From Gammaproteobacteria bacterium (GTDB lineage Bacteria; Pseudomonadota; Gammaproteobacteria; Magnimaribacterales; Magnimaribacteraceae), in NCBI GenBank assembly GCA_002730855.1, contig PCBA01000046.1:1-62784 (forward strand): DNA of 62,784 nt. Reading direction: 5' to 3'. Positions 31,529 through 40,023 of this stretch are shown here, one piece after another (position 1 is the stretch's first letter; every line of letters starts with the position of its first letter). A program made the position numbers and the translations under genes. The notes under the pieces were generated by a model. That model had not been told where the DNA came from. It saw nothing but the letters and a program-made list of their open reading frames with translations, and did no database searches.

Positions 31529-32337
31529 CTACTAATAAAAAAGTCTTCCCAAGGATAAGTATCATCTCCAGAGCAATAAAACTTGGGATTTCTTAGTTCA
31601 GGATCAAACTTATATGTCAAAGGCGTTCCTGATAAACTTTTAACTACTCCACCGGCTGATTCAACCACAGCCTGTCCAGCAGCAATATCCCATTGGAAGG
31701 TCGGCCCTAGCCTTGAATAAATATTAGCCTTACCCTCAGCCACTCTACACAACTTTAAAGAACTGCCTGTGGGAATCTCATGAACGGCTTCAAATATCTC
31801 TTTGCACTTACCTATAAATATCTCATCCTCTTGGCTCTTGTGGCTTTTGCTAAGCGTTACATAACATTCTTTATTAGATTGTCTAATCGGTGATATTTCA
31901 ATTCTCTCACTTTGCTCTAATTTAAATGCCCCTATATCAATTGCGCCATAAAAGTTCTGATCAAGGGCGGGGGCAAATACTATTCCCATAATGGGGCTTC
32001 CTTCTTCTATTAAAGCTATGTTTACAGTGAATTCCCCGTTTCGGTTAATAAATTCTTTGGTTCCATCAAGTGGATCTATTAACCAAAAGGGGCTTTGGTT
32101 AACCAAAGCTTTGTTATTGCCTTCTTCTGATAAAACAGGTATTCGTTTATCTAAAATGGACAAGTCTTTATTTAAGATCTCATGAGAGGCTAAGTCTGCC
32201 AAGGTGACTGGGGAGCCGTCTTTTTTACTTTCAAAAGAAGCTTCTTCTGAGTTATAAATATTTAAAACCTCTTGAGAGGCTTTGTATGCTGCCTCTATTC
32301 CGCCATCTAATAATTCTAGTAATTGTGATTCTTTCAT
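31525..32337 (-). CDS. cysQ: 3'(2'),5'-bisphosphate nucleotidase
   Basis: Inositol-monophosphatase-fold motifs (VLSEE..WLIDPLDGTKEF..WDIAAGQAV). Length is CysQ-like. Confidence 0.82.
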   Translation of the reverse strand: MKESQLLELLDGGIEAAYKASQEVLNIYNSEEASFESKKDGSPVTLADLASHEILNKDLSILDKRIPVLSEEGNNKALVNQSPFWLIDPLDGTKEFINRNGEFTVNIALIEEGSPIMGIVFAPALDQNFYGAIDIGAFKLEQSERIEISPIRQSNKECYVTLSKSHKSQEDEIFIGKCKEIFEAVHEIPTGSSLKLCRVAEGKANIYSRLGPTFQWDIAAGQAVVESAGGVVKSLSGTPLTYKFDPELRNPKFYCSGDDTYPWEDFFISS

Positions 32338-32396
32338 TCTCGAAGTAATCTTTTTCTTCTACAATATCTCACTAATAAATCATATGAAAGATTATT

Positions 32397-32564
32397 ATGG
32401 AAAATAGAGATAAATTAAAAGAAAGCGCACAAGAACTAAAAAAGGGGCTTGAGTTGTTAAGTAGAGACAGGAAGGTAGTTTTACCTCACAATAAAGCGTT
32501 CGATTTAGTTGATGAACTAAGAGAACAGGTGGACAAGATTTTAAGTATAGCTGAGTCTGCTTAA
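32397..32564 (+). CDS. Unannotated 55-aa helical ORF (hypothetical)
   Basis: ATG 32397 to TAA 32562-32564 gives MENRDKLKESAQELKKGLELLSRDRKVVLPHNKAFDLVDELREQVDKILSIAESA. It falls below the ORF-track length cut-off and fills an otherwise empty 262-bp gap. No SD sequence seen. Confidence 0.3.
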   Translation: MENRDKLKESAQELKKGLELLSRDRKVVLPHNKAFDLVDELREQVDKILSIAESA

Positions 32565-32587
32565 ATATTTGAGTCTGCTTAAATATT
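32552..32587 (+). repeat. Perfect 18-bp tandem duplication (TGAGTCTGCTTAAATATT x2)
   Basis: Copy 1 is 32552-32569 and copy 2 is 32570-32587. Copy 1 contains the last codons and TAA of the 55-aa ORF. AAGGAG and the ATG at 32600 follow. Confidence 0.95.
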
Positions 32588-32599
32588 AAGGAGTATATT

Positions 32600-33451
32600 A
32601 TGGATTACAGTTGTTTTGATTGTGAAGTAAAAGACAAGATAGCGCACGTTAAGATGTCTAGGCCTGATGAGTTCAATTCTATGAACAAAGCTTTCTGGTC
32701 TGAATTGCCTCACTTAGTTGAGTCTCTTTCGGATAATGCTTCCGCCAGAGTAATAGTCCTATCAGGAGAAGGTAAGCATTTTTGTGCGGGCATGGATTTG
32801 GCTAATTTTGCCCCTTCTGATTCACCTCCAAATGCGCACAATGGAATGAGGAGTGAATCTGCCTACAGGGTAACCTTAGACCTGCAACACACTATTACTT
32901 GTTTAGAAAAAGCGAGAATGCCTGTAATTTCTGCTATTCAAGGTGCTTGTATTGGAGGGGGTGTGGATTTAGCAACCGCAACAGACCTTCGTTATTGCAC
33001 TAAAGACGCTTTCTTTTGTATCCAAGAAATAAACATAGGAATGGCAGCGGACGTAGGAACCTTACAAAGAATACCTAGGCTTGTTCCTGAGGGTATAGTT
33101 AGAGAATTGGCTTACACGGGAAGAAGATTTATGCCAGAAGAAGCTTTGCGTCATGGACTAGTTAATGAGGTTTTTGATTCAAAAGAAGAAATGATGACTG
33201 CTGTTATGGATGTTGCTAAAGAAATTGCTTCCAAAGGACCTCTTGCTGTAGCGGGCTCCAAAGAATCTCTAAATTACGGACGGGATCATACGGTTGAAGA
33301 GTCACTAAACCACATAGCTCTATGGAATAACGCAATGGGTATTGGAGACGAGATGTCAGTTGCCTTTAAGGCAAAGGCAGAAAAGAAAGATCCTGAATTT
33401 GAAGACATGCTTCCTAGAAGAAAATATCTAGATGGTGAGATAACTTCTTAA
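32600..33451 (+). CDS. Enoyl-CoA hydratase/isomerase (crotonase) family protein, dienoyl-CoA isomerase-like
   Basis: HFCAGMDL..AIQGACIGGGVDLATATDLRY is the crotonase oxyanion-hole pattern. Strong AAGGAG SD. Confidence 0.85.
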   Translation: MDYSCFDCEVKDKIAHVKMSRPDEFNSMNKAFWSELPHLVESLSDNASARVIVLSGEGKHFCAGMDLANFAPSDSPPNAHNGMRSESAYRVTLDLQHTITCLEKARMPVISAIQGACIGGGVDLATATDLRYCTKDAFFCIQEINIGMAADVGTLQRIPRLVPEGIVRELAYTGRRFMPEEALRHGLVNEVFDSKEEMMTAVMDVAKEIASKGPLAVAGSKESLNYGRDHTVEESLNHIALWNNAMGIGDEMSVAFKAKAEKKDPEFEDMLPRRKYLDGEITS

Positions 33452-34222
33452 TTACTTTCTTAAAAAAACTGGTGAAAACTCTAAAGAGTCACTTGGGCTG
33501 TATTTATAGCCATCTAAATTAAACTTATTTAGATTAACCGGGTTTTTAATCTTATTCTGGATTATGAACCTAGCCATTGCTCCGCGCGCTTTCTTTGCAT
33601 AAAAGCTAATGATTTTATACTTACCATTTTTGTAATCTTTAAAAATTGGGCTATAAACAGGTAAGTCTAAGTTTTCTCTCTTTACAGAAGAAAAATATTC
33701 TACTGAAGCTAAATTTATTACCCCTTTCGAATTGTTTGCTTTAGCAAGGGCATTAATGCTGTCTGTTATTTTATTACCCCAAAATTCATACAGGTTTTTA
33801 CCCCTTTCGTTCTTCATTTTAGTTCCCATTTCAAGCCTGTAAGGATACATAAGATCTAAGGGCCTTAATAATCCATAAAGACCCGACAATATGGCCAAAT
33901 TTTTCTGGGCGTACCTTATGTCTGTTTTAGTTAAAGTTTCTGAATCAAGACCAACATAAACATCACCCTTGAAAGCAAACAAAGCCTGTCTGGAGTCATT
34001 GGAAGGTTTTTTTGGAGCACACCAATTCATATTTCTCTCGAAATTCAACATGGAAAGGTTTTCGCTAAGCCCCATCAAAGCCGAAAGATCTTCAGGACTT
34101 TTCTGTTGCAATTCTTTAATCAACTTTTTGCTGTCCGATAAATGCTCGGCAACAGAAAAGTCTTTTACAGACAAATTAGATTCAAAATCTAATCTTTTTG
34201 CTGGTGCTATAAGGGCAATCAT
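33452..34222 (-). CDS. yaaA: Peroxide-stress protein YaaA (UPF0246)
   Basis: 256 aa. SPAKxLDF-type N-terminus (IAPAKRLDF), ILSGLYGLLRPLD and FYAKKARG motifs. Confidence 0.85.
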   Translation of the reverse strand: MIALIAPAKRLDFESNLSVKDFSVAEHLSDSKKLIKELQQKSPEDLSALMGLSENLSMLNFERNMNWCAPKKPSNDSRQALFAFKGDVYVGLDSETLTKTDIRYAQKNLAILSGLYGLLRPLDLMYPYRLEMGTKMKNERGKNLYEFWGNKITDSINALAKANNSKGVINLASVEYFSSVKRENLDLPVYSPIFKDYKNGKYKIISFYAKKARGAMARFIIQNKIKNPVNLNKFNLDGYKYSPSDSLEFSPVFLRK

Positions 34223-35353
34223 TTATAAGCCTAAAACCAGTTTTGCCATTATATTTCTCTGAACTTCATTTGATCCAGCGTAAATACTTGCCTTTCTATA
34301 ATTAAAATACCTTGGAGCTGAGGTGTTAGCAAATCTGCTTCCTATAGGGGGTTCGTTGACACCAATTTCAGGGCCAGGATTATTAAAAGGGAGAGAGTAA
34401 TAGCCTACAATCTCTACAGCAAGCTCCGTTATAGCCTGACCAATTTCTGTTCCTCTTGTTTTCAGTAAAGAAGATTCAGGTCCAACGTTTTGTCCTGCAG
34501 TAAGACTCCCTAAAATCCTTAGCTCAGTGGCTTCCATAGCATTTATTTGAACTTCAATCTTGGCTACAGCTTCCTTAAATTCAGGCTCATCAGCAAGGCT
34601 GTTGCCATTAGAATCTTCCGTTTTTGCTTGTTTTATTATTTTTTGTAATTGAGAGTAAAGTTCGGAGGAATATCCATTTCCTCTTTCAAATTCAAGCAAG
34701 TATTTTGCATAAGTCCAACCCTTTCCTTCTTCCCCTATTAGATTCTCTTTAGGTACTTTTACATCTTCGAAGAAAACCGTATTAACTTCATGGTGTCCAA
34801 TGGGTGTGTTATCTAATGTGTTTATGGGTTGAACCTCTATGCCTTCAGAGTGCATATCTATTAAAAGAAAAGAAATTCCTTTTTGGCGTATATCTTCAAT
34901 ACTGGTCCTTACCAAGCAAAAAATCATATCTGCATGTTGAGCACAAGTAGTCCAAGTTTTAGCGCCATTTACCAAATAATGATCTCCTTTGTCTTCGGCT
35001 TTGGTCTTAAGAGAGGCTAAGTCAGAACCTGAACCAGGTTCCGAGTAACCCTGGCACCACCAAGTTTCAGAAGATAAAATATCCGGTAAATATTTTTTCT
35101 TTTGTTCGTCAGATCCAAAAGCCATTATTACTGGGGCTACCATTGAAACACCAAAAGCTAAGAAACCTGGAGCACTTGCCGCAGCCATTTCTTTACTATA
35201 AATATATTTTTGAGAGGCAGTAAAAGCTGCCCCACCATATTCAGAAGGCCAATTAATCCCAGCCCAGCCTTTAGCGTATAAAGATTTTTGCCATTGAACT
35301 TGCTCTTCTTTTGTTAAATGACCATTAGGCGCACTTATATACCTTTGTCGCAT
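34223..35353 (-). CDS. Acyl-CoA dehydrogenase; the reading frame continues upstream to ATG 35434 but is broken by an in-frame TGA
   Basis: WWCQGYSEPGSGSDLASL, the GEEGKGW loop and a C-terminal IYAGSNEVQRNI. See the finding on TGA 35378-35380. Confidence 0.88.
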   Translation of the reverse strand: MRQRYISAPNGHLTKEEQVQWQKSLYAKGWAGINWPSEYGGAAFTASQKYIYSKEMAAASAPGFLAFGVSMVAPVIMAFGSDEQKKKYLPDILSSETWWCQGYSEPGSGSDLASLKTKAEDKGDHYLVNGAKTWTTCAQHADMIFCLVRTSIEDIRQKGISFLLIDMHSEGIEVQPINTLDNTPIGHHEVNTVFFEDVKVPKENLIGEEGKGWTYAKYLLEFERGNGYSSELYSQLQKIIKQAKTEDSNGNSLADEPEFKEAVAKIEVQINAMEATELRILGSLTAGQNVGPESSLLKTRGTEIGQAITELAVEIVGYYSLPFNNPGPEIGVNEPPIGSRFANTSAPRYFNYRKASIYAGSNEVQRNIMAKLVLGL

Positions 35354-35489
35354 GTCTTCTGGATAGTTTTCTTCTATTCAATTCTTAACTTCTTTTTGAA
35401 AATCGAGCTCTTCTTGTGTAAATTGTAAATTCATAAATACCTCCCGATAATTATAATTCAAATTTTAACTAACTATAAACTATTAACCA

Positions 35490-35987
35490 TTGTACAAAAT
35501 TAGCAAATCCTTAGACGCATTTTCAGAAATAACCGGCAAGATCTGTTCATGGTTTGTGGCCATTATGGTCTTAGTAACTTGTGTGGTTGTTTTAATGCGT
35601 TACGGCTTAGACATGGGTTCAGTTTTGCTACAAGACGTTGTTCTCTATCTACACGGAGGATTGTTTCTTCTTGGCTCGGCATTTGCATTGAAAAGAGGAT
35701 CACACGTAAGAGTAGATGTTTTTTATAGAAGTTTTTCTAACCTTAAGAAAGCGTGGGTTGATTTACTTGGAAATATTATATTTTTACAGCCTGTGTGCTG
35801 GATAATTCTTTTCTATTCTTGGGGTTATGTGGAGTTCTCTTGGAGAATAATGGAAGTTTCTCCTGAACCTGACGGCCTACCTTTCGTTTATTTACAAAAA
35901 TCTTTACTCGTTGCTTTAGCTGTTTTGCTTGGATTACAGAGCTTATCTGAAATTATTAAATCATTAATAACAATAAAACATGGTTGA
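35490..35987 (+). CDS. TRAP transporter small permease (DctQ/FcbT2-type)
   Basis: 165 aa, 4 TM segments, directly overlapped by the large permease gene. TTG start. Confidence 0.8.
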   Translation: MYKISKSLDAFSEITGKICSWFVAIMVLVTCVVVLMRYGLDMGSVLLQDVVLYLHGGLFLLGSAFALKRGSHVRVDVFYRSFSNLKKAWVDLLGNIIFLQPVCWIILFYSWGYVEFSWRIMEVSPEPDGLPFVYLQKSLLVALAVLLGLQSLSEIIKSLITIKHG

Positions 35988-37350
35988 GTTAATACCTTTA
36001 TTAATGTTTGGCGTTATTTGCTTGGTTTTACTTGCAGGCTTTCCAGTTGCTTTCTCACTTGCTGGAACTGCTCTTATTTTTGCAGCACTTGGAATTGTTA
36101 CTAACACTTTTGAAAGTGCCTTTCTTGGAGCAATACCAAATCGGCTATATGGAGATATGACCAATATGACTTTGGTTGCTGTGCCACTGTTTGTTTTTAT
36201 GGGTGTATTGTTAGAAAAATCTAACCTTGCCCAAGATCTTCTTAGTAACATGGCTGAAATAATCGGTGGCTTCAGGGGAAGTCTCGCTATTTCAGTAATA
36301 TTTGTGGGAGCACTAATCGCTGCAAGCACGGGAATAGTAGGTGCAACTGTTATTGCCATGGGCCTAATTTCTTTGCCTATCATGCTTTCTAAAAACTATG
36401 ATCAGAGCCTTGCCGCAGGAACCATTTGCGCAACCGGTACATTAGGACAAATAATTCCTCCTTCTATTGCCTTAGTGATATTAGGAGATGTTTTGTCTGC
36501 CTCTTACCAACAGTCTCAGCTAAGCATAGGTAATTTTTCTGCAAGGACCGTTTCAGTTGGAGATCTGTTTATGGGTGCCATTGTTCCTGGCTTAATACTT
36601 GTTTTTTGCTATGCAGCATATGTTGCTATCAGAGCCTACATATCTCCTGAGATGGCACCCGCACAAGAAGTCAAAGTCGTAAAAAATAGATGGAAGATAC
36701 TTATAACCTCATTATTGCCCCCCTTTGTCTTAATAACTTCTGTTTTAGGCTCGATACTTTTAGGCATTGCCACCCCAACAGAAGCAGCGGGGGTGGGTGC
36801 TTTTGGTGGACTCCTTTTAGCTTTAAGTAAAAGCAGCCTTACCTGGAAGAATTTAAAAGACTCGGTAGAAACAACAACAGAAATAACAGCAATGGTGTTT
36901 ATGATTCTTTTGGGGTCGTCTATTTTCTCCTTAGTCTTTAGAGGGTTTGGTGGCGATGATTTAATTACAAGTATATTTACTCAATTACCTGGAGGTGCTT
37001 TTGGCGCAGTTTTAGTGGTCATGGTTATTATCTTCCTCTTAGGTTTTATATTAGATTTTATACAAATAACTTTAGTCGTTGTCCCGATAGTAGGACCGGC
37101 ATTGCTAATGTTAGGAATTGACCCTATATGGTTAGGAATTATGATTGCAATCAATCTTCAAACTTCCTTCCTAACTCCACCTTTTGGCTTTGCACTATTC
37201 TATCTTAGAGGGGTCGCCCCAGATAATCTGACAACACAGGCTATCTATAGAGGGGTGATACCTTTTATCCTCATACAGATAACCCTACTAATAGTGTTAG
37301 CGATATTCCCAGAACTTGTGACTGCACTTCCTAATGCAGTTTACGGATGA
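35980..37350 (+). CDS. TRAP transporter large permease (DctM/FcbT3-type)
   Basis: 456 aa polytopic protein with typical DctM segments (VPLFVFMG..GIVGATV..GQIIPPSI..LTPPFGFALFYLRG). Confidence 0.88.
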   Translation: MVELIPLLMFGVICLVLLAGFPVAFSLAGTALIFAALGIVTNTFESAFLGAIPNRLYGDMTNMTLVAVPLFVFMGVLLEKSNLAQDLLSNMAEIIGGFRGSLAISVIFVGALIAASTGIVGATVIAMGLISLPIMLSKNYDQSLAAGTICATGTLGQIIPPSIALVILGDVLSASYQQSQLSIGNFSARTVSVGDLFMGAIVPGLILVFCYAAYVAIRAYISPEMAPAQEVKVVKNRWKILITSLLPPFVLITSVLGSILLGIATPTEAAGVGAFGGLLLALSKSSLTWKNLKDSVETTTEITAMVFMILLGSSIFSLVFRGFGGDDLITSIFTQLPGGAFGAVLVVMVIIFLLGFILDFIQITLVVVPIVGPALLMLGIDPIWLGIMIAINLQTSFLTPPFGFALFYLRGVAPDNLTTQAIYRGVIPFILIQITLLIVLAIFPELVTALPNAVYG

Positions 37351-38307
37351 CTATTTTATTAAGTCTATAGTCTTGTCAGCCCGGTAAGACGACCGAACCA
37401 TTGGGCCAGAGGTTACTTCTAAGAAACCTAAGTTAATAGCTTTTTCTTTTAAAAAGATAAATTCTTCCGGAGAATACCATTTCTCAACAGGTAAATGATT
37501 AAGGGTGGGCCTTAGGTACTGTCCTAAAGTAAGAATATCCACATCTTGAGCCCTAATATCTTTCATTGTTTTATAAATTTCTTCATGGGTTTCTCCCAAG
37601 CCCAACATCAAGCTAGTTTTAGTTAGAACTGAAGGCTTGTGATGTTTTGCATACCTCAAAACCTCTAACGTTTGCTCGTACCCTGCCCTTGGGTCTCTTA
37701 CCTTTTCGGTTAACCTACTTACAGTCTCTACGTTTTGAGCAAAAACTTTTAAGCCTGAATTCACTAAAGTTTCAATAGATTCGTTTTGCCCTAGAAAATC
37801 GGGCACCAACGCCTCTACCGTCACCCTTGGAGTCTTTTCTTTTATGGCCCTTATGGTTTCAGCGTAATGATTTGCCCCTCCATCACTTAAATCATCTCGA
37901 TTAACAGACGTTAGAACCGCATATTTAATGCCCATAAGGCCTATAGATACTGCTACTTTTTCAGGCTCACTTTTATCAAGCTTGCCTTTTGGGTTGCCTG
38001 TATTTACGGCACAAAATTTACAAGCTCTAGTGCAAACAGAACCCAAAAGCATGAAGGTGGCAGTGCCGTGATTCCAACATTCATGGATATTAGGACACAT
38101 TGCCTCTTCGCAGACAGTATTTAATTTTTTCCGATGGACAATTGTCTTTAATTCTCTGTATTTTGATGATGCCTTTGGATTGACCCTCAACCAAACCGGT
38201 TTTCTTTCAATAGGGATTAAACTATTCTTATTTGACTTAATACCATTTTTTATTGCTACTATTCCATCCTCTGTAATAATTTTTGTAGGGATTAAATTGC
38301 TCTTCAT
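37351..38307 (-). CDS. lipA: Lipoyl synthase
   Basis: Both Fe-S cysteine motifs are present: [12 protein letters not shown] and [10 protein letters not shown] (radical SAM). Confidence 0.95.
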   Translation of the reverse strand: MKSNLIPTKIITEDGIVAIKNGIKSNKNSLIPIERKPVWLRVNPKASSKYRELKTIVHRKKLNTVCEEAMCPNIHECWNHGTATFMLLGSVCTRACKFCAVNTGNPKGKLDKSEPEKVAVSIGLMGIKYAVLTSVNRDDLSDGGANHYAETIRAIKEKTPRVTVEALVPDFLGQNESIETLVNSGLKVFAQNVETVSRLTEKVRDPRAGYEQTLEVLRYAKHHKPSVLTKTSLMLGLGETHEEIYKTMKDIRAQDVDILTLGQYLRPTLNHLPVEKWYSPEEFIFLKEKAINLGFLEVTSGPMVRSSYRADKTIDLIK

Positions 38308-38918
38308 GCTGCTTTAAAATTATTATCTAGGAGCAGGCTCTTTACATCCTCTTTAACCTGCAGAAAGGACACTTTTGTTAAGTCATTTATTTGAGTTACT
38401 TCTAAGTTGTTAAAACCACAAGTATTTATGTCATCAAAAGGGCTTAAATTCATATCTATGTTTAAGCTAACACCGTGATAGCAGAATCCATGTTTTATTT
38501 TTAATCCAATAGATGCGATCTTTCGGTCGCCTACATATATTCCGGGTGCCCCTTTTTTCCTTTTAGCCTCTATATCGTATTTGTAAAGTAAGCTTATAAA
38601 AATTTCTTCTAAATAAAAAATCAGTTTTTTTGGGCCCCATCCCAATCTTTTAATATTAATTAAAAAGTAAACCACCAACTGTCCAGGGCCATGATAAGTA
38701 ACTTGCCCTCCTCTATCTGACCTAACTATGGGTATCTCATCTCTAGCTAGTACGTTTAATTCTGAGCCAGCATAACCCAAGGTGTATACAGGTGGGTGTT
38801 GAACAAACCAAACTTCATCTAGGGCTTGCTGAGGTCTATTATCAATAGCTTCAACCATAGACCTCCAAACTTCTTCATAGTCTAAAACGCCTAGATCTTT
38901 TATCTTAAGATCAATCAA
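38304..38918 (-). CDS. lipB: Octanoyltransferase
   Basis: [14 protein letters not shown] and [10 protein letters not shown] motifs, collinear with E. coli LipB. TTG start overlaps the upstream stop (TTGA). Confidence 0.9.
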   Translation of the reverse strand: MIDLKIKDLGVLDYEEVWRSMVEAIDNRPQQALDEVWFVQHPPVYTLGYAGSELNVLARDEIPIVRSDRGGQVTYHGPGQLVVYFLINIKRLGWGPKKLIFYLEEIFISLLYKYDIEAKRKKGAPGIYVGDRKIASIGLKIKHGFCYHGVSLNIDMNLSPFDDINTCGFNNLEVTQINDLTKVSFLQVKEDVKSLLLDNNFKAA

Positions 38919-40012
38919 TCTAATTCTCTTGTATCTATGTAAGCTTTTTCAGAAATACGATGGTAATTGACAACTTGTTCCTTGAACTCAGTATAAGATT
39001 TATAAACTTTCTGAGCCATTTCATCGTCAGCTATAAAGTCTTCCATCACTTCATCCGTAATTCTCTTTAATTCAACAAGAACTTTATCTGGTATTTTTTT
39101 TAATTGTATATTGTGTTTTTCAATTAGTTCATTTAGTGCCTTATTATTCCTAGCAGTGTATTCATCTAACATCTCTTGATTTGAAGCTCTCGCTGCGTAT
39201 TTAATAACTGCTTGTAAATCTTCAGGCAATGAGTCATAGGCTTCTTTGTTAATGATAATTTCAAGAGTAGAGCCTGGTTCATGCCATCCAGGATAATAGT
39301 AGTAATCAGCTACCTGATGAAAACCAAATGTAAGGTCATTATAAGGACCTACCCATTCTGCGGCATCAACAACTCCCTGTTGCAAAGATAAAAATATTTC
39401 ATTCCCAGGCAAGGTAACTGTCTCGGCCCCTGCTCTTGTAAATATCTCTCCTGCCAATCCGGGTATCCTCATTTTCAAGCCTTTTAAATCATCTAAAGAG
39501 TTAATTTCTTTTTTAAACCATCCAGCCATTTGGACACCTGTGTTCCCTCCAGCTAAAGGAATCAGATTAAATGGCTCATAAGCCTCTTGCCAAAGCTCAA
39601 GGCCACCCCCGTAATGAAGCCATCCATTCATTTCTTGTGCTGTTAGCCCGAAAGGTACTGCTGTGAAAAACTGGGAAGATTTGATCTTTCCAGTCCAATA
39701 ATAGGAAGCTCCATGACCTAATTGAACATTCCCTTGAGAAACTGCATCAAAAACCCCCATAGCAGGGACAAACTCTCCTGCACCATAAACTTTGATCTTC
39801 ATTCGGCCACAAGTCATCTCATTAACATACTTAGAAAAATTCTCAGGTGCCAAACCTAAACCAGGAAAATTCTTAGGCCAAGTTGTAACCATAGTCCATT
39901 TATAAGTACTGGTTCCGTTAGAAAAACAAGACCCCTCTTCAATGGAAGCCTGTTCGTTTGAACAAGAAATTAATGTTACAGAAACGAAAACAGTTAGAAA
40001 CAATTTTTTCAT
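38915..40012 (-). CDS. TRAP transporter substrate-binding protein (DctP/FcbT1-type) with a lipoprotein signal
   Basis: 365 aa. Lipobox LISC at the end of the signal peptide, then a family-7 SBP body (KIKVYGAGE..GHGASYYW..MRIPG). Confidence 0.82.
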   Translation of the reverse strand: MKKLFLTVFVSVTLISCSNEQASIEEGSCFSNGTSTYKWTMVTTWPKNFPGLGLAPENFSKYVNEMTCGRMKIKVYGAGEFVPAMGVFDAVSQGNVQLGHGASYYWTGKIKSSQFFTAVPFGLTAQEMNGWLHYGGGLELWQEAYEPFNLIPLAGGNTGVQMAGWFKKEINSLDDLKGLKMRIPGLAGEIFTRAGAETVTLPGNEIFLSLQQGVVDAAEWVGPYNDLTFGFHQVADYYYYPGWHEPGSTLEIIINKEAYDSLPEDLQAVIKYAARASNQEMLDEYTARNNKALNELIEKHNIQLKKIPDKVLVELKRITDEVMEDFIADDEMAQKVYKSYTEFKEQVVNYHRISEKAYIDTRELD

Positions 40013-40023
40013 ATCTTTCCTTA

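Noticed and set aside
35378-35380. TGA read as Trp (genetic code 4) or as selenocysteine
   Set aside because: Several well-supported genes here terminate at TGA at their expected ends (the 789-2003 gene, gcvT, dctM, dctP, lipB). I saw no SECIS-like hairpin directly downstream, and the homologous position is expected to be Trp, not Cys/Sec.
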